Shown piece after piece: positions 52,615-64,000 of a stretch of 64,000 nt of DNA. A model generated the notes under the pieces. The model had not been told where the DNA came from. It searched no databases and saw only the letters and a list, made by a program, of their open reading frames with translations. The translations under genes and the position numbers were made by a program. Each line of letters begins with the position of its first letter. Within the stretch, counting starts at the first letter, position 1. Source of the stretch: Chrysomallon squamiferum (taxonomy: Eukaryota > Animalia > Mollusca); assembly GCA_012295275.1 (NCBI GenBank), contig CM022673.1, positions 17,546,001 to 17,610,000 of the forward strand, written 5' to 3'.

Positions 52615-54201
52615 TATGTATATATGTATGTATGAATGTACATATCTTTTTTTATAGGCCCTACATATATTTTTTTCATATTTGTGATACATCATTCAGT
52701 GTAGTAGCATGGAAATAACACCACTGAACATAAAATAAGAACTGTTTCAAATATGTTCATTAGCCAGCTGACATTAACCAACAATGGCGCAAAGCCGTAA
52801 GGATTAGAACAGTAGCAGCAGTAGCTGTGAAGTAGAATAAGCAGTATCACCACCACTAAGGATAGATCGTATTAAACCTCCTTTCTTCAGATCTGGCGTT
52901 TCCCTTCACCTTTGACCTGTCACACGTGTTAGTAATTCTATGATGCAGACGCAATCTGCCTTTCCCGACACATCACTGCACCAAAAACACAGGCAGTCGC
53001 CAGACAGAGTAGCAGACATTACAACTTACACACGTGTTTATTTCTTCTTCTCGGTTACCCACCAACACGGCAAACACGCAGTGGAAGCGAGGTAGCCTTG
53101 AACATATCATAATGCTTATGATATCTCTCGTGATGTTTATCTATACATCATAGGTTTATATACACCAATGCATGGTTCTTTCTGTGTACGTCTTCTTGTG
53201 TGTTTACATTTTAGAACAGATGATCTTTAATATCGCATCGCATGGTATTTAAACTGGAATCTAAAATATGGTGAATGCCAGATTTTAAAAACATTTTTAT
53301 AATTATTATTTTATTTTCTTAGATAGATTTCTTCAACAGAAAAGTGAAAGAAATTTGGTAGATGAATGACAGCAGGAAATGTATGAAGAGGATGGAAATT
53401 AAAAAACAACAGCAGAAGAAAAAGAAAATGATGATAATAAAGAATAAAATACAGAGATATGATGAAGAAGTGAAGAAGGGAAGGACAAGGAAGAAAAGAA
53501 GGAGTAAACGAAGAAGAAGATTGTGAAGAAAAAATGAAGAAAAGATATGGCAAAGAACACTAACAAACAAAGAAGAAAGAACAAGAAGAGAAAGAATAAA
53601 ATGATGATGATGAGAGAAAGTTAAAATCGTTATCATAGATCAGGAATTAGTTTTACAATGCTTAAATCTTCAATACGGCAAAGATGATAAAATAATACAT
53701 AAGTAACTGAGTTGCTGCTTAACGATTTATCAGCATGTTTAACATATTCGTTTACAGTTACATAAAAGAAGAAAGTAACAAGCTTCACTCCACTGTGTAC
53801 TGTTGCCTGTGGGCAACAAGAAAGCCAGGAAGATGAATAATCTCCGACTTTCAGAGAATCGATCTCTAAACGCTTTGCTCCTCAAGTAAACGCTCGAAAC
53901 CTCAATACAACCAACGGTTTGTCAGCCTTCGTTTTGTAATAATAGCAAACGTCAATATTGAAATAACCTAGGATTGTACCGCTTGACAGAGAGTTAAGTA
54001 GACGATTCTGATCGAAGCATGGGAACTGGAAGACCTCAATTAAATCACTTTAAAGAAAACTCATTGACTGAGGTAGACGTCTCGACAGATCGTGCTCTAA
54101 CAACACGATTAAAGAGATGTGTTATGTTCAAATCAGAATGTTATCAGTCACTCTATTAGTACACTGTGTTCTAGCCAGGAGTCCGTCGTCAGACACACAC
54201 A

Positions 54202-54256
<55 letters not shown>

Positions 54257-54422
54257 ACACATACATACATACATACCTATACACATATACCTACATGTAT
54301 ATCTATACAAACGCGCGCGTGCGCAAATATATATTCACATGTTTTCCATATTTATATACATACACTGATTTACAGAGATGGATAGATAGATAGACTATAT
54401 TATTATTATTATTATTATTATT

Positions 54423-54506
<84 letters not shown>

Positions 54507-56638
54507 ATTATTATCTATGTTATGAAAAAAATTGTTATGGCAGCTGTTAATGTTTTTTGTTGCTGTATTTAACAATGTATTTACAAATTTCGCCAATAAC
54601 GAAGTACACGATGTCGATTTTTAGCTCAGTCTGGGATCAAAAGAAATGATCTAACATTTGGATTGCAAAGTCGGCCAAAGAAATATGTTTCTTATTAAAG
54701 AAGGCTAAATTCTAGAATCTTGGCTACAATCATCACATTGGAGGCTTTTGCAGATCCCACACACGAATATAAATCATAATAATGACAGAAACTGAGTTTC
54801 TTTTCGCTGTGAATCATCTACCCACGATCTGACGTGAACTGACAAAATGTTTCAATTTACATGGTAAATTGGACCAAGTCTAGAGTCAGTCTCCAATCTG
54901 CTAAAAAAAATCAGTTGACTTAAAAATAATTCCAATAAAATATTTGTTGAATACTACGGGATGTGTTTACCTTTTGAACGGAGAACGTCAAGTAACCAAT
55001 CAATCGACAGAAACTTTCACTTCTGTTTTCCTTTTTCCAAAGCAGCCTTTCGTTAGATTGATAGTTTCTACTCGTATCGATCTCACAGCAGCCAAAAAAA
55101 TCAGAGGAAATTGAGTATTATACGACAGCAAAATTAATAAAGCCGCATTTAACATTATGTGTTGACTGGTACTCGAAATTCCACTTTCCACGTGTCGGTA
55201 TGTAAAGACGTGCTTTGTCTGTACTCGGATTAATTTGGACAATTCTAGGATAAAAAACCCGATAAAAACGTTCAGTTGTGAAAGCTTCAGTAAAGCATTA
55301 TGTGCAGATTTAGACTAGACAGTTTATATGAAAAAAGTGAGAGTAAAACATCTACAACTTTAGTGCATTCGATATCAGATATCACACGTTAAAGTCTGAA
55401 GTCTGTGTTCAACAACGGCACCAGCGGAAACAAGAACAGCTGCAGCAGCAACAAAAACAAAAACAACAATATCAGAATCTAGAAATAAAAACTAAAACTA
55501 AAAAAACCCAACTATTCTGCAGTAACTTGTTAACTTTGAAAACACGCTATTTAACTATCTGAAACTTGTTAACTACAGTGAAAATATGACCAAATGTTAC
55601 TAACAACTGCTCTTACCGAGAGCCAGTATAACTATATATTAGTTGCAATTTTCACATAAAAAAAAAAAACATATTTTCAGCGGTTCAGTAACAAAAAATA
55701 AATAAATAGTTTTTTCTTAACAGGTATGTCGAGAACTAAAAAAAAAAAAAAAAAAAAAATTACAATTTCTCATAAAAAAATATTAAACTTTATCATTGAA
55801 AATTTAATGGCGAGACAAATAAAATGTTATTTTAAAAAATAAATAGAACTAACTGAAATAAATATTACTTAGTCTTCATAATAGACAGACCGACACACAG
55901 ACACACTGATTGATGATCGACACTGAATTTCACTATCTCCCTCTCCCTTTCTCTCTTTGTAAGTCTAATTTAACTGATGACCTCGACAAATATGATAAAT
56001 TATCAGATCGAAAGGGCACAAAAGTAACAGTGAACTTTTCTTTTTCTCACTGGATATTTTCGTATTAATTTTACTATCGCATCGAAGGCGAGATCCTGAC
56101 ATACTAATACAATGCTCCCAAAAAGGACCACAGAATTGTTTATTAAAGCACAGCGTTAATTAAAGACAATTAAGTCTGCGTCACTGACCAGAGTGTAGCC
56201 TCAACTTTTGTTCCTTTACAAACTGTAAGTTCAAAGTTCTTAGTCACACTCAGATGAGAGTAAACTGAATCTGTGGTAGGTGTTCTTGACCTGCTCTCCA
56301 ACGAAGTGGATAGAAAGGTGTGTTATGTTTATTTTTTTTAACAAACCCTTTTAACTTATGTATTAAACTGCTTAGAATGTAGTTTTAGCAGTGTCAACAA
56401 AAAAAATAAAAAAGATAATCGTATAAGTTTGTTTAGTTTTCACAGAAGGACAAACCTGTCGAGATGTCGCTGAAAGACACTTAATTAAAATAGTGAAAGA
56501 GAAATAATGTTTTATGGGCCTTTCCCGGTAATAAATGTTTTCCAGTGCCTTTAACGAGGCAAGATGTATGATCATTATAACCGTATAATTATTATTTATG
56601 TTCTCAGCTTTTGTCTCAGTATTTCTGATCCCCATAGC

Positions 56639-56772
<134 letters not shown>

Positions 56773-57168
56773 ACTCACTCTATATATCTCTGTTTCTCAC
56801 TCAATCACTCACTCTCTATCTCTCTCTCTCTCAGTCACTCACTCTCTATCTCTCTCTGTCTCTAACTCATTCAATCTCTCTCTTTCTTTTCTCTTATAAT
56901 TGTTCTCTCTCTGTATTTCTCCATTTATCTTTCTCATTCATCTTTTTTAGCCTCATCTCTCTCCATTTCTTTCCTTGTTATGAACCAGATTAAAACAAAA
57001 AAGTATTCTGAAATAAAGTGACCTGTCAAACTTCTCAGTCCATCTGAAACGTCTGAGTAACCCAGTGTCATTGAATTATTGTATTTAAACATAATAATAA
57101 TTTACAAATAGAGGACGAGGTGGGTTTGAAAGAAATGGATAAGAAGGCAGATAGTTAAATGGTAGATA

Positions 57169-57295
<127 letters not shown>

Positions 57296-57595
57296 TTATC
57301 ACAGTGACAGAGACACAGACAGACAGACAGATGCAAGAAAGGAGAGAAATGATTACACTGATCATAATAATCATGACCAAACCATTAGCAATGTTTTTTC
57401 TTATTTCTCTTCCTACTGAAAAATAAAAAATTCGTGTCAGTACATAGGTACTGGATTTCTTTGTTTATTTTTCTAAAGATGATAACATCTTTAATTCCAA
57501 AAATAAGGCGGTAATTGTTTAGTTTTTTGACAGATAAGAATAGTTATCAAATGTTTCCGATTTTGTTTTTTTCAAGGTTAAATTTTTTTTTGTTT

Positions 57596-57632
<37 letters not shown>

Positions 57633-58829
57633 CAGCTAACGTAAATATGAGCAAATTAACACAGACTCCAGCCAGAGCAGTTTCTGGTAACTTGTTTTAC
57701 TTATGTGATAATTACAGGCAGCTAAAGTTCCTAACAACTTTTAAATAGAAAACGTAGACAGCTCCCTGAGTGATTAGCTGTGGTGTTTTAAAATTAACAG
57801 CTATTATTAGCTTCCACGTCTTCGTTACACAATCGAGAGGCTATTTTCAGCTCATTCTCACTTCACTGTGCGCTCTTCTACTTTTCCTTTTCTAAACAGT
57901 TGCCTCTTTTATTTATTTCACTTTATTTTTATTTCGTCTTTCTTTCTTTTTTTTTTTTTTTTTTTTTTTTTCAGTTGCTGCTTTTTTTGTGTGTTTATGT
58001 TTTCATTGTTTTTCATTTTACTGATGCTTATTGTGTTTCTTTTATTTTTTTAAGAAAGAAGAGAACATTTTTCTCCTATCTTTGTTTCTTGTTTATATCC
58101 TTATTTAACTCCTTTCATCTTAGTTTTCTACTTTCTTCATTCATTCATCTTTTCTTATATTTCTTTCTACATTTGTTTCTATTCACTTTTTTTTTTTTTT
58201 TTTTTTTTTTTGTTAATTTATTTTCATCCGTGATAGAAATAATAAAATACGAAATTCATCTGGGAACAAATTAAGAAAATCAGTTTGGTAAAGACAGCAC
58301 ATTTTAAACTGCCCATTCGACAATAAATTTCTGTAACGCACATAATCATTTTACTTGTTTTTCGGTTTAATTTCCTGTTTCTCTGGCATTGCAGATGGAT
58401 TACGAGGTGAAATTATAAACATCATTCTCTGATAAAAGGAAGGTGGACAGAATAAAAAAAGGTGCACCGAGCAGAGGAAACATAAAAAAGTTCATTTTCT
58501 GCAAATTAAAAAGAAATTTAATTTTGAAAAATATATTCTTTTTAAAAATCAAATGAGGCAGTGATAACTCAGATAACTGCTTTGATTTATATTCAAATAA
58601 GTTACAAAAAACGTAGAAAATAAAATAATTTATTTTCAAATTCATTTTCTCTTATCTTTCTTTTGTCTTACTTTGTTTATTAATTAAACAGAATTCACAA
58701 CATCCACATTTATTATATTTACAGATTCATTTCGTATCTCTACGGTTTATGAAAAATGAAAAAGAAGCATAATTTAATTAGATAGTAATTCGAAACTATT
58801 TCTTTTACATTTTTTTCAAGATATTATTT

Positions 58830-59215
58830 TCCTTTATTGTGCTAGGTATAAGAGCTAATGAAAAGACGGATTTAATTGCCAAGTCGTCGTTGAATTTGCT
58901 TGCTATCAAAATAAAGTCGTTTTTTCTTATCTCGAACAACAAGCTTCGTTCAGTCAACACGGAGAGTGGCAGACTCGCAATGGCGACAGAGAGTAGATCA
59001 TTGATGTCTAGGTTTCATTCGTAATGCAGTATTTTATTTTGAAAAGAGACCCACCATCTTAGTGTAAACATTGTCAGTGTATGTTGACAGTGCATCACCT
59101 TATGGTGGAAGACAGTTAGTTATATACTGAAATAAGAGACAATCTATTAAATAATATTAATACGATGAACTGTACAGACGCACACAACTGATTTTAAGAA
59201 GACAGAGTTTTACAT
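58830..59215 (+). mobile_element. Decayed 3' fragment of an RNase H-bearing non-LTR retrotransposon (I/Nimb-like LINE)
   Basis: Translation gives LGIRANEKTDLIAKSSL (RNase H C-terminal GIxGNExADxxAK motif), NKLRSV, then PP..CKHCQCMLTVHHLMVE (CCHC-type knuckle remnant), interrupted by stops and frameshifts. Confidence 0.7.
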
Positions 59216-60683
59216 CGCACAATAATTATGAAACATTCATTCATATATATATATATATGTGTGTGTTGCTGGTTTTTTCTTTATTTCCTTTTTTTTATTT
59301 ACTTATTGTCTTGGTCTCAGAATGATCATGTTTTCAAATAACATTTGTGATAGTTTTTCATTTATCTTTAACGTGCCTATGATTTTATATTATTGTTATT
59401 TTTTTGTTATTATTTTTTTCCATTTTCTTTTGTTATATCAGATATATTTTGTTCATACCTAGTAATGATATTTAGAAATTCAATGTAAATCAATGATTCA
59501 TTGCCAGACCTTCATTTCTGCGGCTGTTTCTTGGAATCGCAGTTTTAACTTTTTTTTGTTTTAATAACGTGAAATAAAGGATTTTATTCTTCTAATAATC
59601 TGCAAGTAATCGAATATATTCCAGACATCAAACAATTCTCATTAATAAAAATATCTAAACAGTAATAAATCAAAATTAAAGGAACACTAAAACCAAATAT
59701 CTAAAGACCAATTAAATCAAAAACATATATATATATATATTTTTTATTATTTTTATTTTTTTGTTTCTGCACGATTCGGAATATTTCACCATCATTTTGT
59801 GATTCTATGTTCAAGCAATGAAACAAGTAACTCAAAAAAATTTAATTTGGAATGAAACAATTACAAAGACAAAAACTGTTAATTTAGAATTCTTCCGATG
59901 AAATCTTTATATTAATTATTAGAGAAGAAAAACAAAAACATTTGTCTCTATATACCATCATTCTTATAGTTAAATATCATGTTGCTGTCCATATTTATCA
60001 ATAATAGTGCATAACATGAAAACTGTGTTGGTGAGTAAAATGAACGGTAAAACTATGACAATCACGTGCAGTCAGTGATATTCAGTAATTAGCACACACC
60101 CGGTCATATCTAAAAAATACTGCAATAGTATTAATATTTGTGTAACTATTAAATTTATTTTGATACGAATATTATTTGTAATGTATTATGGTTATTTGTT
60201 ACTATGCAGTCGTTGATATTATCTGCTCAGAGAATTTGTTTTTTCTTAAGGCTTCCACTGACCTTGGATGAATTTACATTTATATTAATTAATATATCTC
60301 TGTCTGTAATAAAGTTTATTGTCTAAGATTCAGCTATTATTTTGTCGTATGGAAATCGTTTAGATTTGTCCTGTGTATTTGAAAGGAAATAAAATGGCGA
60401 GTTTACCATTTAATATTTCAACAAAAAAAGATCTAAAATAAATACAAACAAAAAAGCAGTGACAGATCGTGGAAAAAAGCGATTATTACATTCTTTATTG
60501 CTTTGATTCCAAATTTTTTTTTTTTAAATGTTTGTTTGTTGTTGTTTTGTTTTTGCGCGCGCGCGCACACACATGAAATAAAATAAAATAAATATTGCAG
60601 GTTGTGATTTGAAGAGACCGGAGACTGGACAACAAGAGATAGAGATTACAAAAAAAAAAAAATGGTCACGTACAGACAATCAT

Positions 60684-60740
60684 GAGACGTTTGAAAGTGA
60701 GCGGTGTCTGAGATGTTTGAAAGTGAGCGGTGTCGGAGAC
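60684..60740. repeat. 26-bp tandem duplication
   Basis: GAGA(C/T)GTTTGAAAGTGAGCGGTGTC occurs twice, plus a partial third copy. Confidence 0.85.
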
Positions 60741-63203
60741 AAGAAATTAAAGAATCTCACCTCAGAAGATTCTGATAAACTGAAACGGATATTTGCTTAA
60801 AGCGAAGTAAATCAAAATTTAATGACTGTTTTTAAATAAATAAAATAAAGTAAACTGAAATGAAATAAAATGAAATGAATAAAATAAAATAAAATAAAAT
60901 AAAATAAATTAAAATAAAATCAAATCAAATAATAAAACGAAATACAAAATAAAAGAAAATGAAATGAAATGAAATAAAAGGAAAGAAAAGAAAATATATA
61001 TCTTCCCTATATAACAGTTTTATTCAGTTATAAAAACCTATCTTTGTGAGAACAAATCGCTTAAATTTAATTCGTAACTGGAGATCATTCTTTACCAGTA
61101 ACAAAGTATTTCTATAATATAACCTGACAATGACACAGCTGAATTCAAGATCAAGTGTACTCGGCTGTTTTAAATAGAGTAGTAAATCTGGAAAGTATGC
61201 TATTAATCGTTACAAAATCATTTGTTTGACACCTTCAGTAGTAAAAACCATAACACAAATACTGTTTTCACCATCATGGTATCTAATATATTATTGCCTG
61301 AGAGAATACTGAAGTAAACAGCATCACATTAACACGTATATTAATCTATCGTAACGTTTTGAAATCTGCCCGCTGATAAATTGTGGTGATTACATTCCAC
61401 TTGCAAATGTTTGTTAGACAAGTCGATATTTATTGAAAGAAAACTACACGAACACCTTAAAGAACATTTTCTTCGTGAAAACCGTTCGGATGGTCTGAAC
61501 AAATAAGACAGCTGTTTGTTTAAAAGTTGCTGACAGAATAAACATTGGAATGTTTCTACGTTTTCAATCTTACGCTTAGTGGATCTCCGCGCTCCAGACA
61601 TAACGGTTCCGCCAGTGGAAGGGATAGATTTAAATAAGAAAGAAAGACCAACGAAATGGCGGCTGAAACTGCTTCGGGTTTATTAATAGCTGAGTTTATA
61701 CATCTCTGCAGAACTATTAACATGTACTATACCATTTCTGAATAAACAAAAAATGGTTTAAAAAACCTCAAAAACTGTTTTTATTTCATGCTTCGTAGAG
61801 TCAAAGGGTCGTCAAAACTGTGCAACACTGGACAGTTTACTGGCGCTGTATGTCTGAGCAAAATGTTTCAAGGACGAAAGCATTAATGGGTAGATCTGCG
61901 GTTTAAGATTGTAATAAAGCAAGTTTTCCTCAACATTGTACTGTGTTTTGTTATATCGCCGCTGGTATGTGAATAATGAGATCATTTAGCTCCACGGGCC
62001 ATATTTAGCTTCACAAATCATCCGTTTTCTTTTCACGGCTGACTTTGACACCACCATCCGCTTCAGAAAACCGGCTTCATCGTTTTTCTTTCTCAAGGAA
62101 TTCTATAGAATGCACCAAGCGAATTCTGGCCATAACCTAGTATGTCAACATAGATGTTGTTATGTATTAAAGTTTATCTCTCAATTGAATTAACCCCTGC
62201 ACGCTTTCCGATAACTTCTGAAGCAGAAACATTTTTGGTCAATACTCAAAAATACAAACTTGTAATAAAATATGTTACTCTGTTACCATTAACGATTTAA
62301 TTGTCAGCAAGAACAAACCAATCCCCACATCCCAGAAAACCAGATTGCCAACGAAATACTTTTTGCTACAAATCTTCTGTCCTAAAACAAATCAGTCAAC
62401 GATTCTTGACTACATTGTGATATAATTATCGGATTTGTAATGGTAATGTAAAGATGAACACCGCTACGGTAACACTGCAGTCTACACTGCTTGTAAACAA
62501 CAGTATTTAATATCACAGATGAATATACTGCAGTCTTCGCCATTTGTCCGTCTAGACCCTGGAAAATGGCCGATCGACCTGTCCTCATAGGAGTGCAGTG
62601 TAACTAAAATATAGCCCATGTTTCTAACACTAAGCTTAAATATCTTAAATATATTTTTCTGTTAAAAACACCTAATAATACTTTACAGCTCGCCAGTTTA
62701 TATGCGTGCGCGGTGTCTCAGTATAAAAAGAAATTATTATATTTCGTCTTTTAAAGTAATACGATATTTTACATTCCCACATAAATAATTATTTAAAAAA
62801 AAAAATATTTTGTTATTCAAAACGTCGATTGATTAGTATTTTCTGACAGCCTGAAGGAGCAGGTTGGATAGGATTGCATCATAAAGCATAAAAGTAAATA
62901 CTGGTTGATAACATGCGAACAAATCCTGATCGGATGTTCGGAATATGTCCTGTAAGAAAAATTTGTAAACCCCGACTGTTTATCACAAGTTAGCTGTTGT
63001 TAGATTTTCATTAACTATTTAATATCGGATGATTAAATCCATAATTTGGCAATTTGCTCCCAGTTAGTGGAAATGATTCACAGCACACAGATAATTACTG
63101 TTTGAAAATACTGTTGCAGTAATTTATCTCTTTGCAATGTACAAACGTGAATAGTTGAGAATTGTTTGTTAATGAACAATTTGAAAATGAAGATAAATAA
63201 ACC

Positions 63204-63334
<131 letters not shown>

Positions 63335-63934
63335 ATGATATATACAATTATTATTGTCCATAATAATAAAGTATTGCTTGTAAAGATAACTACACATACA
63401 TAATGTAAATCGGGTTGAAAAAAAAAAAAAATTATTTGATAGTCGCGCAGTATATGGCATTTCAATTTCACAGAATTGGTTATATGATACGAGGTTGTGT
63501 TTTGTTTTGTGGATATTTATTTTTATTTTTTCCTGGAAAATGTAGGTGTAGCTGAAAAAAGATCATTAAAAAAAAAAGAAAAAAAAAAAAAAAAAATTAT
63601 TATTATTTTTATTATTTTTAACCAAAACCTAAAAATAAAATCACTAGTCTTGAAAAATAGTTATTGTGAGATCTGTCAAAAACACCTCTGAACTTGTTAC
63701 GGTCAACAAACTAACCTGCAGTCTGTCTGCACTTAAACTTTTTAAAATAAATTTAAAATGACGGAAGAGTAACAGCTGGCTGGTATAAAAGCGATTTCTC
63801 GTTTCTTCACTTTAATGATTTCGATAATTTGGAAATGTTGTAAAATGGCGGTAGTAATCCGCAGACGTCATGAATGAAAATGAAATCTGCAGTTTATAGA
63901 TGACATTAAATGGGTATTTGTAGCATGTTTTTTA

Positions 63935-63996
<62 letters not shown>

Positions 63997-64000
63997 TATT

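Noticed and set aside
62095-62142. Short palindrome followed by CTAGT, Helitron 3'-end-like
   Set aside because: The hairpin is weak and no 5' TC end or second copy is visible.

Overview
AT-rich, microsatellite-dense eukaryotic genomic DNA with GT-AG introns. It is almost certainly molluscan, probably a gastropod (inferred from a Pif/LamG3-type shell-matrix gene and the repeat content). Six spliced genes were reconstructed by hand: UBE3D (-, 6109-10258); a secreted chitin-binding + laminin-G Pif-like protein (+, 10988-16391); NDUFS1 (-, 18405-27133, 19 coding exons); EEF1B2/EF-1beta (+, 28715-31354, head-to-head with NDUFS1 as in human); a fibrinogen-related protein with a frameshift in exon 1 (-, 33523-35705); and a class B1 (CRF/DH44/PDF-receptor-like) GPCR (-, 42100-49612, N-terminal exons not found). 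The most notable non-coding signal is a 128-nt element present once in each of three NDUFS1 introns, in host-sense orientation. It folds as a hairpin-H-hairpin-ACA RNA with CAB-like loops, and its 3' pocket fits U6 snRNA Psi40, so it looks like a triplicated intronic scaRNA family. Also present: two adjacent MITEs, SINE and LINE relics, a minisatellite that duplicates an NDUFS1 splice acceptor, and candidate alternative PDZ-ligand tails for the GPCR. All coordinates were counted by eye and may be off by a few bases.
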